The notes below the pieces were generated by a model. That model saw nothing but the letters and a program-made list of their open reading frames with translations. It did no database searches and was not told the DNA's origin. Made by a program: the position numbers and the translations under genes. A stretch of 64,000 nucleotides of DNA from positions 66,402,001-66,466,000 of the forward strand of contig OX597831.1 of assembly GCA_951406725.2 (NCBI GenBank). The letters are read 5' to 3'. The stretch is from Octopus vulgaris. Its lineage: Eukaryota. This document shows positions 25,911-40,046 of the stretch, piece by piece. Numbering within the stretch: the first letter of the stretch is position 1; the number at the start of each line of letters is the position of its first letter.

Positions 25911-26013
25911 CTGTAAAGAATTCATAGCTTTACCAGCTGATTCTTTAGTTTTAAAATTTATAAAAGCACAAAACCTGTCAGGTAAACAACGTACACTGCT
26001 TAGAGGTCCATAC
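25911..26013 (-). CDS. Host gene exon, RRM second part (R)YGPLSSVRCLPDRFCAFINFKTKESAGKAMNSLQ; TTC31-like protein
   Basis: ctacAG acceptor, GTaaat donor, 103 nt, phase matches the previous exon; RNP1-like RFCAFINF. Confidence 0.92.
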
Positions 26014-26114
26014 CTGTAGGTAAAGAGGAAACAAGTCAAACATTAATAATGACAGAGACAAAATGTGTGTGTGTGTGCGCGCGTGTGTGCGTAAATATAA
26101 GTATTTAAGACATA

Positions 26115-26403
26115 TGTGAAAAGCACTGTTCGAACGTGACAGATACTAGCGTCGCCTGACTGGCGTCTGTGTCGGTGACACATAAAAGCACCAACCGATC
26201 GTGGCTGTTTGCCAGCCTGCTCTGGCTCCTGTGCCGGTGGCACGTAAAAAACACCCACTACACTCACGGAGTGGTTGGCGTTAGGAAGGGCATCCAGCTG
26301 TAGAAACACTGCCAAATTAGACTAGTGCTTGGTGCAGCCTCCATGGCTTACCAGACCCCGGTCGAATCGTCCAACCCATGTTAGCATGGAAAACGGACGT
26401 TAA
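26115..26403 (+). mobile_element. RTE 3' UTR fragment
   Basis: Tandem modules + terminal module. Confidence 0.85.
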
Positions 26404-26712
26404 AGCTTACATCTAACTCTGTCAAAGGTACTGTCATGTGTTTCTGAACATTGGAAATGTCTAAGAGAATTCTAAAAGAAACACTACATACAAGAGAAAA
26501 CCCACACTTTTTAAAACGATTCCATTTGATGTTTTTCTCAAACAAATTTCCAATATTTAACTATTCCTCAGGATATATACCATATCAGATTGTAGTAAGT
26601 TTCTATCTCAATTTGAACCCTGACTCTTTGCTTTCTCATATTGAGAAGCAAAACAATGACATTCAATGGCTTTACAACAAATTTGTTGACTGACACTAGC
26701 AAATATATTTAA

Positions 26713-27323
26713 CCCTTTACTACTCAGATTACTCTGTTAACTGTAATACTTTTTTTCACTCAAATTGTTTTGAATTAATTCTGCATTGTCTCATAGCTTT
26801 GAGGTTTCAATGATGTGATTGTTTATTTTTAGAATGTCAATGTAGGTCAGGTGCGAGAGGCTAGATATCGCCAGTTTGAATATAAAACACTAGCAGTATC
26901 GCCCAGCGTTGCTTGGGTTTGTAAGGGAAATAACTATATAAGCATTTTTAGAGAGTTATAGCCAAAAAATAGCAAAAAAATGCATTTAAAATGGAAAAAA
27001 AATGATGGTAAATTTTTTTTAAATCGTTGACTCATCATAGACATTTTTAGAGAGTTACTTCCCTTATATAATAGCGAAAAAAATGCATTAAAATGGGAAA
27101 AAATGATGGTAAATTTTTTTTTTAAATCGTAGACTCATCGTAGACGCACGCTAATACCCAGAAGGGCTTGATATGAATCACGACTATAAGATACCCGCTT
27201 TTGGTTAAACTGCACCACAAAATGTGGGAGTAGTTAGGAATCTAAATCGTAGGAGACAGACACACAACTTCACTTTTATATATAAAGATATAGAATATTT
27301 GGGCCAGTTTAAACACTAAAGGG
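26713..27323. mobile_element. piggyBac-type MITE hosting a Helitron
   Basis: TTAA-cccttta...taaaggg-TTAA termini. Confidence 0.65.
26890..27288 (-). mobile_element. Non-autonomous Helitron
   Basis: TC..CTAG termini on minus, hairpin cccagcgttgcttggg, internal duplication. Confidence 0.78.
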
Positions 27324-27939
27324 TTAAATCAAAAGTTCCTGATTGTAAATCAACCAGGTTTAGATTAAGCTAAACAAGATAAACATATCTAAGAATAGAC
27401 AGTCGAGCCGGACAGGAAGGAAGGAGTCACACAGAAATTACAGAAATGAGAGTAATCAAGTGTCATATCACACACAACTCTCAGCCGATGTAAATGACAC
27501 TGACTCTAATCAAATTATGGCAGGGGAGACACATTCATCCTTTCAAACTGTACTTTATCTACACATTATCACACAAGCTGCCAGATTTAATTACTAAGTG
27601 AACACAACATTCTCAGAATCAGACCACAACATAAGTCTTATTTTCCAACTTTACTTATCTCTTTTCTTGGAACGCTTATGTTCCAGGTATCTTATGCAGA
27701 TAATAAAGTATTGCTTTCATTATTAACTTCTAGGAACAAATTTCCTTGAATCAGATGGTTTAATACATTTTACATTTTGTAGTAATATCTTCAAAAATGA
27801 ATACTGCTCACTGACTCGAAAGGAGTAGAAGAGGGTTGTTTACCAGTAGAATATTCCTATTGAGTAGAAGTTTCTAGCTAGAGGATGTCTCAGTATAAAA
27901 TTGAGGAGATAAACACAAAAATTATGTAGTAGTAGTAGT

Positions 27940-27970
<31 letters not shown>

Positions 27971-28439
27971 TAGTAGTAGTGGCAGTAGCAGCAGCAGCAG
28001 CAGCAGCAGTGGCATAGTTCTAAGTAGGCTATATTTGAGTAGATCTTTCATGAAAGACATTTCAGCAGTGACTATCTCCTCTTTTTTGTAAGCCTAGGTC
28101 CCTATAGCCCAATGTCTCTTTCATGGTATGGTGTGATTTGATAAAGATTTAGCTGCTATTTCTTGTGGAGAGGTATACATGTCTACCAACACATATATAT
28201 ACATATGTAAATGCATACAACAGGTGATAATGTGCAGTATTTAATTCACGAGTATAAGGTTGCGGGTCCATTACCTGGATGGAACAATGATTTGTGTCCG
28301 TGATTTCACGTTGTCTCAGCTGTAAATGAGGACCAACCAATTTCTGGTGAAGCACTTTCCCCACCCGCCAGCAATTACATATCCTGAATGCATTGTTGGA
28401 TGAGAGACTGAGAGGGGTGTCTATGTCATGTTACGACTA

Positions 28440-30562
28440 TATAAGCACCTAAAGCAATTAGCAAAAATAGGGTAGATGAGATGCAGTCTGGTTTTGTGCC
28501 TGGGAAGAGTGCCACAAATGCCATCTTTACAGTGAGACAATTGCAGGAGAGGTATCTAGCCAAAAATAAACCATTGCACTTGGCTTTCATTGACCTTGCT
28601 CCTTTGTCAAGTGGTCTCTAAAGAAGCTAGGAGTAGATGAGTGGTAAGTTAGAGCTGTACAAGTCATGTGGAGTTGTGTTGTCAGTAGGGTAAGAGTTGG
28701 CCACAAGTACACTGAAGAATTTAGTGTACAAGAAGGGATACACCAGGGCTCAGTTCTCAGTCCACTTTTATTCATCAAAGTTCTCCAGGCCATAACAGAG
28801 GAATTTAAAACCGGATGCCCTACTACAACATGCTGATATCTCGTACTTACTGCAGAATCTGTAACAGAATTGGTGAAGTTCCAGTTACTGAAGCACAGCA
28901 ATGTTGTTGTTATCAAGAAACCAAATGAGAGTCTCTTTCCATCAGGTAAATAGCCCTACTCAATATGTAGGAAAGGTGTTGGAAGAAATTCCATTTGTCA
29001 GACGCAGTGCAAGCTGTGGACACATAAGAGGTGCAATGGAATCGCAGGTGGGTTAACAGAGAAAGTTGTCTTTGTATGTGGCAGATGCACAGGAACATTA
29101 AGCACTAAGAACACTCAGGAATTAGACTCTCTCAAAATGCCCAGGAGGCTCTCTTGAAGTGGTAGTTAGTTGCTGTTATCTAGATAACCAAATTAGCAGT
29201 GGTGGAGGATGTTCTGAAAGTATTGTTGCAGGAATTAGAATAGAGTGGAGGAAGTTCAGAAAGCTATTATCTCTGTTGACAACAAAAGGACTCTCTCCCA
29301 GAGTGAAAAGCAGATCATATGATGTTTGTGTACAAATGGCTATACTCCATGATAGTGAAATGTGGACTCTGAATGCAGAAGACATGAGCAGACTAGACAG
29401 GAATAAAGCTGGTATGCTTTGATGGATATGCAACATTAGGGAGCATGTACAACAAAGTGCAAATGTGCAGAGAGAAAAGTTGGGCATAAGAGGAATCAGA
29501 TGCAGCATGCAAGAGAAAAGACTATGTTGGATGGGACATGTGATGCATATGAATGAAGACAGTTGTAATAAAGTGCTGATCACTTTAAAAGGATGGTACT
29601 GGAGGGAGAGGATGAGCCGAAAAGATATGGAAAGAAGTAGTGAGGACTCATCTCAAGATGTTGGGCCTCATAGAGGAGATAACAATGGAATGAGATGTCT
29701 GATGATACGAAGTTCTTGAGAAGAGCCACCCACCACAGTGAAACTGAGCTCTGGTAGTACTGTATGATCTACCCACATTTAACATTGAGTTTTTACATAC
29801 CCTACCTCAATAAACCAAACTACATCTCCTCTTCCTCACATTTCTCATGCACTCCACTTACCTCTCCTTCCCTTCCCACTCCTGCAGCCCAATCCGGTCC
29901 TCTCTACTCTGCTAACTGTATCATTGCTGTCTTCTTGTCCCCCACCTCTATATACCCGGGTTTCACCAGTCACTGCATCCTCCTATTTTGCATTCACATG
30001 AATTCCCTACTCATGAATCCTAGGCAATACTCTCCATCCCATTTATATTTTCATCTCCATACCTTGAGAGTTTGCTCTGGTGCATCACCACCTCTCTTGC
30101 TCCCTCTCACCTTTGTTCTCTTTCACACTTGCTTTCTCTCTCCCTCTCTTGCTCTCTCTCTCTCTCCCTCTGACTAGGGTAACCATGTAGCTCTACCACA
30201 AGACACTTATTTCTGTTCCTCTGCCATACTCTAACCTCTTGTAACCTAGCACAAAGCCACCTCCTACAATCGCCTTGCAATTTTGTTGGTGACCTCACAA
30301 GAGCTGGTGCCATGTTAAATGCAGCCAGTCCCCTCTGTAAAATGGTTGGCATTAGGAATGGCATCCAGCCTTAAAAACCATGTCAAAACAGACATCATCA
30401 GTGCTGGTGTCATGTAAAAAAACATTCAGTTTATTCTATAAAGTGGCTGGAATTAGAATGGACATCCAACAGTAAAAACCATACCAAAACTGAGTAGGAC
30501 TTGCCAGCGTCCATCAAACTATCCAAGATGGTTATTAAATGATGATGATAATGATGATAATG
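28440..30562 (+). mobile_element. Old 5'-truncated RTE (RT, zinc finger, C-terminus, 3' UTR)
   Basis: Colinear with 55790-57758; many stops and frameshifts; (GAT)n-like tail. Confidence 0.88.
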
Positions 30563-30660
30563 AGGGTACTTGTTACCAAACTATACAGTACTATAAATAT
30601 CATATACATATGTATTTTCCATTGTTTCTCTTTAATAATGTATCCAATGTTTCAAGATTT

Positions 30661-31080
30661 GGATCTTTTCGGTTTGAACGGCAGCTTTTTCTAGCGGTGT
30701 CATATGAAATTGTCACCCATAATTATGACTCTAGTATCGATCTATTGCATTTCAATCTGTTTTAGGGAGAGGGTTAGGGGTGGGGGGAAGGGTATCTTTT
30801 TTTCTTCACAAATGTAAATAAACCCAATCTGTTTCTTAAACGAAGGACATATTCATATGGCACAGAATGTTTTTTACCTCAATAGACGTCAGTGATTGGT
30901 TGAAATTGCAGAAATTGAAGAAAAAAAAAAACAACAAATATCTTACAAATTATAGAATTTTCTCAATAAAGCCAAGAGAAAAAGATGTTTTATAAACACA
31001 CTCTACCAGTATACGAAGTTTAAAATTTTTTAGTTACCTAGAAATTATGTTAAAAACTGCCGTTCAAACTGAAAAGATCC
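30661..31080. mobile_element. MITE with 24-bp TIR and 8-bp TSD (Merlin-like, tentative)
   Basis: ggatcttttcggtttgaacggcag..ctgccgttcaaactgaaaagatcc; TSD caagattt. Confidence 0.88.
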
Positions 31081-31161
31081 CAAGATTTTGTTGAATCCCA
31101 ATACCACATGACTATATAATTTCACAGACCAGCTTGCAATAACAAAAAATATCAAACTTAC

Positions 31162-31251
31162 CTTGAAAACAACTGGTTTAATTTCTTTTCTGACACTTCA
31201 GGTAAAACATTTCCTACCCACAATGCTGTCAATCCTTCGGGATTTGCTGGG
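31162..31251 (-). CDS. Host gene exon, RRM first part (D)PANPEGLTALWVGNVLPEVSEKKLNQLFS(R)
   Basis: ttatAG acceptor, GTaagt donor, 90 nt; RNP2-like LWVGNV. Confidence 0.93.
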
Positions 31252-31489
31252 CTATAAATAACATATCAATAATTAATTGGGGGAATAAATGAATAATATC
31301 ATATGACCAATGACTGATTTGCAAGGCTTCATTTACCCTCAAATTACCTCAACTATCTCAGACTTTCAGTCTCTTTCCTACCACTTCCACAATAGTACCT
31401 GTTTTACTCACCAAGCAAGCTGTGTACAACCCTACTTCACATTCATCTGATATACCAGCATTTCACCTTCTCATCAAAAATTCAAAATC

Positions 31490-31925
31490 AAAATCAAAAT
31501 CAAAATCGATCAACATCAATGGAAATTGTAGCTGTGATACCAGTGCCAGGTGGCACATAAGAGAACCATCCAAACGTAGCCGTTGCCAGCGACGCCCCGA
31601 CTGGCCTCCATACCGGTGGCACGTAAAAAGCACCATCCGATCGTGGCCATAGCCAGGCTCACCTGGCCTCCGTGCTGGTGGCACATAAAAAGCATCATCT
31701 GATCGTGGCCGTTTGCCAGCCTCATCTGGCACCTGTGCTGGTGGCACGTAAAAAGCACCCACTACACACATGGAGTGGTTGGCGTTACGAAGGGCATCCA
31801 GCCGAAGAAACATTGCCAGATCAGACTGGGCCTGGTGCAGCCTTCTGGCTTCCCAGACCCCAGTTGAACCGTCCAACCCATGCTAGCATGGAAAGCGGAC
31901 GCTAAACAATGATGATGATGATCAT
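31490..31925 (+). mobile_element. RTE 3' UTR fragment with tandem modules
   Basis: Homologous to 57355-57758. Confidence 0.87.
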
Positions 31926-33146
31926 CATCATCATCATTCTTAGTCTATTCCAACACAAATCTTTTTCTCAAGAAAAGCAATATTCTGGAACTCTCAACCT
32001 GGAGTTGGTTACCATTGCAGTTAGTATTTCAATAAACTACTCGAAGATGAAGATCATAATCATCATTATCATCATCGTTTAACATCCGCTTTCCATGCTA
32101 GCATGGGTTAGTGAAAATGCTAGTGAGGGTAATCTTACACTTTCATCGAGTCAGATGCTGATCTCTGTTACCTGAGCTTTCATAGTTGCTTGGCCAGTAC
32201 AGAAGACTTAACATTCATAAAGTGATAACATTGTCAGCATCTGAAAATTTGAAAAGCACCAAAACTGTCACGTGACCTAAAAGTACACCTGTTTCATGCT
32301 ACAGCAGAATCTGTTCTGCTCTACGGTTAGGCATGTTGGGCTTTTATGGAAGCCCAACAACGATCACTAGATGGCACATACACTTGACTTCTGCTCAAGG
32401 ATTTTAACATCTCTTATGCCAATCTTATATCAAACAAGTCACTATGTGAATTTATGTTTATCTGGCTAACACTGTTGGCGAAACAATGCCAAGTCGCTCT
32501 CATAACACATCTGTTACCCATACCACAGTCAGCCACATCTTTTACACGCACGCCTTTACCTCTCACACCTCTTGCACCCATGCTTCTATTGCTCATCTCT
32601 CAGTCAATGCATTTCATAGAACTGAAGTTGATGTATGATGGAGCCCTTGCAAACAGTCAGATGGCTTTTGTTAAGATATAGTTTATGATATGTATGTGTG
32701 CATGAACAGTACCATTCCATACTCCATTGCAGGTTTTATTTGAACATTGTATTTGGTCAGCAATTGGTCAGAGGTGAAGAATTTTCTACCGTTGAAGCCA
32801 AAGGCAAGAATATAGACAAAATGCAAAAGATAATGATTAGTTAAAATTAAAGCTAATACATTACACTGAACTTAAAAGGGATTACCCTCAAGAAAATCTT
32901 TTTAGTTGTTAGTGTCACTATGGGTGTTAATCTGGTCCTAACAGTGGCATTTGTGGGTCTCACAGATCTGGAGCCCAAGCATCCAGATAAACACCGATGC
33001 ACAGGCTGTTGTTATCAAATTGAGTCAAGTGTGAATACACGACAGAATAGCAATTATTTCGTCTTGGCTTTCACTGTTTATACTAAACAGATGACATTTT
33101 TGCCTTACGATATGGAACATTTCCTTTTCTTTCACCTTTTTTAAAA

Positions 33147-33470
33147 AATGGCACTCTGTCGGCTATGATGACAAGGTTCCTGTTTAATTAATCAATGAAC
33201 AGTCTGCTCATAGAATTAACGCACAGGTGGCTGAGTACTCCACAGACATGCATACCATAAGGTATTTCTCGGGGAGATTCAGCCTCACACCGAATGTGAC
33301 AAGGCTGGCCACTTTGAATTACAGCTAAAACTCATTTTTGCCAGCTGAGTGGACTGCAGCAAAGTGAAGTGGAGAACCTTGCTCAATTACACAGCACGTT
33401 GCAAGGAACCATACTCATAACTTTCCGATTGTGGTCCAAATACCCCAAACCACTGAGCCACACACCTTCA
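33147..33470 (-). mobile_element. Degenerate tRNA-derived SINE
   Basis: Minus head gaaggtgtgtggctcagtgg; body ccactcagctggcaaaaatgag. Confidence 0.65.
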
Positions 33471-33999
33471 CTCTCTTAACCAGAGCGGAAAGAAGTGAAG
33501 CGATAGAGTCAGAGAAAGGAAAGCCTCAGTCATTTGAAATGACAATTAGACTGAAATACGATCGATTTTTTTTCTAGCTTCTTTACTTCTAACAATGAAG
33601 AAGAGGGAAAGACATTTAGTAATGAATAGAGAGAAAGTCTTTCAGGTGTTTACGTTCATATTCTGGGAGTTCTAGAACAATCAAGTGTTAGTTCTCTCTT
33701 CTTACCCCTGCCCCCGGTACTTATTTGCCTTCTTTCATAGTTCTTCATGTCTTTTAGTTGGGGGTGGAGGTGGGGGACCATGTATTTTTCAGGCACATTT
33801 AACATTTTCTCAACAATCTACAAACAAACCCGCTTCCCTTCATTTCTTTTTTTTTTCATACAAAAATTAATGCAAATTTCAAATAGGGAATGGCTGTGAA
33901 GAGAATCCAGGAAAATGGGTAATACCCACTACAAAATGGGTGGGAGAGAAAAGTTGTCAACAGGTGGCTACACGAAATTCAACTCTATACTTTAAAGTG

Positions 34000-34300
34000 T
34001 GTCTTCTACTATAGCCTTTGGACCAACCAAAGCCTCATGAATGAATTTGGTAGATGGAAAATGAAAGAAGCCTGTCATATATATATATATATATATATAT
34101 TATATTATATCATATATTTATGTGTGTGTTTGTGTCTACATTTGACACACCACCACCATTGTTTGACAACTGATGTTGGTGTGCTTGCATCCCTGTAACT
34201 TAGCTGTTTAGCAGAAGAGACTGATCGAAAAAGCACCAGGCTTACAGGGAATAAGTCCAGGGGTCGATTTCTAATGATTGAAACAAGTAAAAGAATAAAA
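34000..34300 (+). mobile_element. 5'-truncated SINE (family of 16957-17385)
   Basis: tgtcttctactatagcc..gaaacaagtaaaagaat. Confidence 0.75.
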
Positions 34301-36710
34301 GGATACCAGAAGAACATTCCGTACCACTAAACTAAGAAGGTTCTTTGAATATGTACGATGTATTTTAAGGCTAAATAGTAATTCTGTTTAGGTTTGTGTA
34401 ACTGAGATATTTTGGTTGGATTATATAGTTATCAGCTTTACACATCTTTCTATATTCTGTAACAGTCACCATTTCTCATGGCACCAACACACAATTTACA
34501 GAAGCTCACATCTTTTATATTTTCCATGAATTTTTCACAGGTCCAGCAAGTTATTATTATTAATATCATTATCATTATTATTACTAGAAGACTACCCTCC
34601 GGGTGGTTTTCTGCTAGCCCCTTGATAATATTTTCACATTTGGTTTCCAGTTCTAATAATTTTTATATTTTATGTCTAATTATTTCTTTGTATAATAGTG
34701 CTCACTTGCTTAGTAAGTATTGCTTTCCTTATTTTATCACAGTCATAATCTCTATTTTTTAAACAAACATCATGGTAGTCCAACAACAGAGGGAGAAGCG
34801 GGTTGTCAAGTTTTACCTTCCCCAGAGATTTCAGTTCAGCAGCCCTTCTGTAAGCTTTGCAGTATATGAGAGAGAGCGAGTGTGTGGGGAGAGAGAACAT
34901 TGTAAACAATGAATGAAATAAACATGAAATGAAAAAATCGTATAAATAAAAGGGCATTACTACATTTGTTACCTCATGACATCCAGAAAAATGGATACTT
35001 TTTAAAATTTTCTACAAATACTGCTTAGATGTTGTGGCTTCAAAGTATATAGGGATTTATGAGAAAGAATTTTTCCAAAGGGGTGGAGAGAAGAGTTGAA
35101 AAATTCACACGACCTGACTTTTTTCTCTTGTAACTTTTAGGAAGATCGGTATCTTTTAATGAAAGTTTATACAAATCCCTTTCAAATGACATAGATTATG
35201 ATTATAAAGAAATTTGTGGGGAAAATTTTTTCAGGGATGTTCCTTATTATTTTTTAAACCACATCCTTCAAAATGATGGGGGGGGGGGCATTTTTGTAAA
35301 CTCTTTTTTTTTACACCCCCTCCAGACCTATGTTGACCAATTTTTTCTTGCACTTCAAAATCATGGGAAGAGCATTTTCGGTAAAAAAAATTTTTTTTTA
35401 ATTGTTAATATTTTCAGAGAGAAAAGTGAGTGATTTGGCTGTTGTTTCTAGCATATCCAAAGACAACCCTCCTTGTTTCTTTATTACTCTTGCATGTATT
35501 GATGTTTTTCAAAATTTCCCCCCCATAAATACATTTGCAACCCCACTCCCTGCCCCCAATTGTTTCTGTTTAGAAATTCAAATATCAGAGGAACCTGAGA
35601 AGGTCATTGCTGGTATTTATCCACAGTGATTTAAAAAAAATTACAGAGAAGTACTTGCATTGCAAGTGACTTGATGTGAGATCATGTGCTGAACCAAAAA
35701 CAATTGTTTTTAGGGTTAAGGTTAGGGCTAGTTTTAGTGTTAGTTAGGGTGTCATTACACATCCACACAACATACATTTAAAATGCTTTGTACGTAACAC
35801 CTGTATTTATGTAGTACCAGTTTCACTTCAACATTAAAATTTCATTTGTGTCAAAATATTTTCTTTGCTTTGAAACGGCAACCTGTTCACTGACCAAACT
35901 TCACAAAAGTCATGCAGCTTGAAGTTTTGTCAGTGAACAGCAAACATTCACACACATTCATTGCCTTTCGTTTGTGTGTATGTGTATCTATGTGTTGCAT
36001 GAGTTCTGTCACTGTTAAAGTCATTTGTGCGGCTTGTTTGTGTATATTGGCTTAGTGGTACAGAGTGTTTGGCAACTGTGAATAAGGTGTAAGTTTCGAG
36101 TACTTGTCGGTAACTATTTTTTCTCCTCATCTTCTAATAGTAATTATTCAATTTTCTAGGCTCTTCTCACAGCTATCCCATGTTCCAAAATTATACGGGA
36201 AAATTATCATTCAATAAATAATGTTTTTAAATTACGTATACATTAATAGAATCAACAATCGGTTTTCCAAATAGCGAATTAAAACTTAAAAGAGAAAATG
36301 AGAGACTTTGCAAATGAGAATGAAATACTCCGCAGTGAATGCAATGAATATTTAAATTTGTGAATAGGATGCAGTGAATGCAATGAATATTTAAATTTGT
36401 GAGAAATTTTTAAAAATTCAAGAAACTTAAGAAATCGAAATTGTAGGCAATTTCTTAGAACATGAATTTATAAAAATATTTCCAGATGGTCAACCTTTTA
36501 ATAATTGCTTTCTTTTAGTACACTTAGTAATTGTTACATACCTAATTAATAAGCAGCTTTCTTCATTATAGTTTACATGTAGATCCTATAATTTTTCTAT
36601 AATGATATGTAAATGTACTATTTGTATTTTTAGAGTAAGTCTATGTGAACAGTATTTCCAAGCGTACATCACTTGCATGAGCCAACAAAGTTGTGAAAGT
36701 GGTTACTTAC

Positions 36711-36822
36711 TCCATTTTGGTATCCATGGGTGATGAACATGAGCTGTTTATTGTAATGTGATTCAAATTGTTGATAGAAAATTCTTTTTCTGAACCCAAA
36801 CCATTATTGAGATTGTCAGCCA
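36711..36822 (-). CDS. Host gene linker exon (V)ADNLNNGLGSEKEFSINNLNHITINSSCSSPMDTKM(D)
   Basis: tttcAG acceptor, GTaagt donor, 112 nt, open frame, phase-compatible with both neighbouring exons. Confidence 0.85.
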
Positions 36823-37204
36823 CTGAAATGAAAAGTGGGTCATTTAGAGGTAAATGGAATGTGAAATTAAGAAATACTAATCATCATCATTTAAGATCTG
36901 TTTCCATGCTGGCATGTGTTGGATGGTTTGACATGGAGCTGGTCAGCTGGAAACTGTCCAGATGCCAGTTGTCTGCTGTGGCATGGTTTCTGCAGCAAGC
37001 AAAGTCAAATCGCTACCTTCCACACATACAGGCTTGTCCCTTCAGGTGCAGGTGCCACATAAAAAACGCTTGTGCCAGTACTACGTAAATGCATGCATGC
37101 CAACGACATGTAAAAAGCACCCAGCACACTCTTAAGTGGTTGGCGTTTGGAAGGGCATCCAAGTGTAGAAACCATGTCACAACAGACAACTGGCACCTGG
37201 ACAG

Positions 37205-37455
37205 CTAATCACATCTCCCAGTCCCTTGTCATTTCCTCAGTGAGGCCCAGTGTCTGAAGACCCTTGCAAACCACTTCATCCCATGTCTTCCTAGGCCTAC
37301 CCCTTCCACAGGTACCCTTCGCAATCAGAGCTCGGCACTTCTTTGCACAGCTGTCTTCATCCATACGCATCCCATGACCAAACCAGTGCAGTCTTTTCTC
37401 TTGCATGCAACATCTGATGCCTCTTACACCTAGTTTTCCTCTTAAATCATCTACA
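37205..37455 (-). mobile_element. RTE ORF C-terminal fragment
   Basis: KRLHWFGH..GTCGRGRPRKTWDEVV. Confidence 0.85.
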
Positions 37456-38683
37456 TTAAAATAGAAATAAATTCTTGATAAGAGTAATGATTGTGACATG
37501 ATGCTTCTGAAGAAAAATTAGGTTGTCATGTCATTTTCAAGATCTTTGTTCATAGAAGCAATGTGTATCTGCCATGAGATGTCTGGGCTGCATGGAGATG
37601 ATGCTCACATGCAGAAAATTAAATAGGAACGAAGCAGGGCATTATCTGCACAAATGTTTCCAATTTTAAAAGCAGCAGTAAAACAGCCATTAACTGAAAT
37701 CTTTTCTCTATATAAACTCTCAACCATGTTAGAAATGAAATATTTTGATGAAATGCAGTTAATGCTGTGTAAAATACTAAAAAAAAAATTATTGCATGAA
37801 TTTAGATAGAATTTGCCGATATGACAAAATTATCATTGGTATTGGGAATATGGCTTTTTCTTGTTGTCATGTCATTTTCACCTACCAAATTAGGTTGAAT
37901 ACAGTTGATTACACATACGTGTTTCTACACATACAAGATATTGTTTCCTGGCTTAGAGCTGAATTTGTGCTCCATTTAGTCTCAGTATTTTAGAAGTGAC
38001 ATGTCTCCCATTAGAAAAACAATTCAGAGAGGTGTCTTCATCTTCACCCTTCAAAAGTTTTGTAAGGCCCACATAATTAACAAATTAGTGTTATTTACTC
38101 TTATTTCAATAATCAGGCTCTCCCCATAAACCCAAAAGTATGCACAGATTCTATCTTTAAAATATATCAGCAAATTAATGAGGAGTTTTTTTAATCCTTA
38201 CCATTCACTAAGAAAAGCCTCAATGAAATATCAATATGGCAATTCCATTCCTATTCAAACTCCATAAATACTGACATCACTTAGACAGGTGGTGTTTATA
38301 GATGATATTCAAACATCACTATTTTATCCAAGTCCAAGTTTTCTTTCTCTAATTAAATTGTTCAAGAATAATATCACCAAATTCTAGCTTACCACTTAAG
38401 TTATTAACTGCAATTATGCTTGAAAATTGAAGAAAGAAAACATCCACAGACATTTACTCAACAAAACCCATAATGCATAACAGGAAGTACAGGGTGTCCC
38501 AAAAGTCACTGAGGGGTTTCAATTTTCAATAACTTCCTTAACTTTACAAATAAATACATGAAATTTTGATACAATATAAAGGACATAATGGAAATTAATA
38601 TGCACAAGTCAAATTTTCCAACATCACTGCATCACATATGAAAAATGACATCACTTAAATGGCAGCCATTTTTGGCTTGGCAT

Positions 38684-39086
38684 ACTCTTACTCTTTTACT
38701 TGTTTCAGTCATTTGACTGCGGCCATGCTGGAGCACCGCCTTTAATCGAGCAACTCGACCCCGGGACTTATTCTTTTGTAAGCCAAGTACTTATTCTATC
38801 GGTCTCTTTTGCCAAACCGCTAAGTAACGGGGACATAAACACACCAGCATCGGTTGTCAAGCAATGCTAGGGGGACAAACACACACACACAAACACATAC
38901 ACATATATATATACATATATACTACGGGCTTCTTTTCAGTTTCCGTCTACCAAATCCACTCACAAGGCTTTGGTCGGCCCGAGGCTATAGTAGAAGACAC
39001 TTGCCCAAGGTGCCACGCAGTGGGACTGAACCCAGAACCATGTGGTTCGTAAACAAGCTACTTACCACACAGCCACTCCTGTGCCT
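38684..39086 (-). mobile_element. Full-length tRNA-derived SINE nested in the fold-back element
   Basis: Reverse complement of 16957-17385. Confidence 0.88.
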
Positions 39087-39618
39087 ATGCTTTTCCAAAA
39101 CTTGCACCATAACACCCTCAAGAGTTTCAGACCCCACTTCTCTTATTTCTCTATTGATGTTCTCTTTCAGTTGCACTAGGGTCTAAAGCAAACCCTCTCT
39201 TTCAGGTATCTCCACAAGAAAAAATCCGAGTTAGTCAAGTCTGGGGTACAAGGAAGGCCAGTTGACACTGCTGTCGTGGGAGATTATTCTCTCCAGAGCA
39301 CTGCCATAGCAACTGCATTGTTTCTCTTGTGGTATGAGCAGTTGCCCCATCTTGCTGGAACCATGTGTGAGGTCTACTTTGAATGGCCTTCGTGTTCCCC
39401 GGACTTGACTAACCTGGAATTTTTCTTGTGGGGATATCTGAAAGAGAGGGTTTACATCAATAAACCAGAGACCCTGGAGCAACTGAAGGAGAACATCGAT
39501 AGAGAAATCAGAGAAGTGGTGTCTGAAATTCATGAGGGTGCTATGGTGCAAGTTTTGGAAAAGCACAGGCATGCCAAGCCAAAAATAGCTGCCATTTAAG
39601 CGAGGTCATTTTTCATAC

Positions 39619-40046
39619 ACGCCACCATTCGAGCGTGATCATTACCAGTGTCGCCTTACTGGCACTTGTGCCCGTGCTAGTAGGGTGTCAAGAGCACCAT
39701 CCGAGCGTGATCGTTGCCAGAGCAGGCAACTGGCTTCCATGCCAGTGGCACGTAAAAGGGTACCATTCGAGCGTGATCATTACCAACGTCGCCTTACTGG
39801 CACCTGTGCTGGTGGCATGTGTTAAAGGATTCGAGCGAGGTCGTTGCCAGTACTGCCTGACTGGCCCCCGTGCCGGTGGCACGTAAAAAGCACCCACTAC
39901 ACTCTCGGAGTGGTTGGCATTAGGAAGGGCATCCAGCTGTAGAAACTTTGCCAAATCAAGATTGGAGCCTGGTGCAGCCATCTGGTTCGCTAGCCCTCAG
40001 TCAAAATCGTCCAACCCATGGAAAGCGGACGTTTAACGATGATGAT
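39619..40046 (+). mobile_element. RTE 3' UTR fragment (different module variants)
   Basis: Tandem modules with cgagcgtgatc linkers; terminal module; (gat)n. Confidence 0.85.

Noticed and set aside
32135-32245. AG/GT-bounded segment between host exons
   Set aside because: Stops in all three frames; the flanking exons already join in phase
35705-35750. Telomere-like TTAGGG strings (also near 6566, 30770 and 41160)
   Set aside because: Only 1-3 imperfect units inside repeats; not an interstitial telomere array
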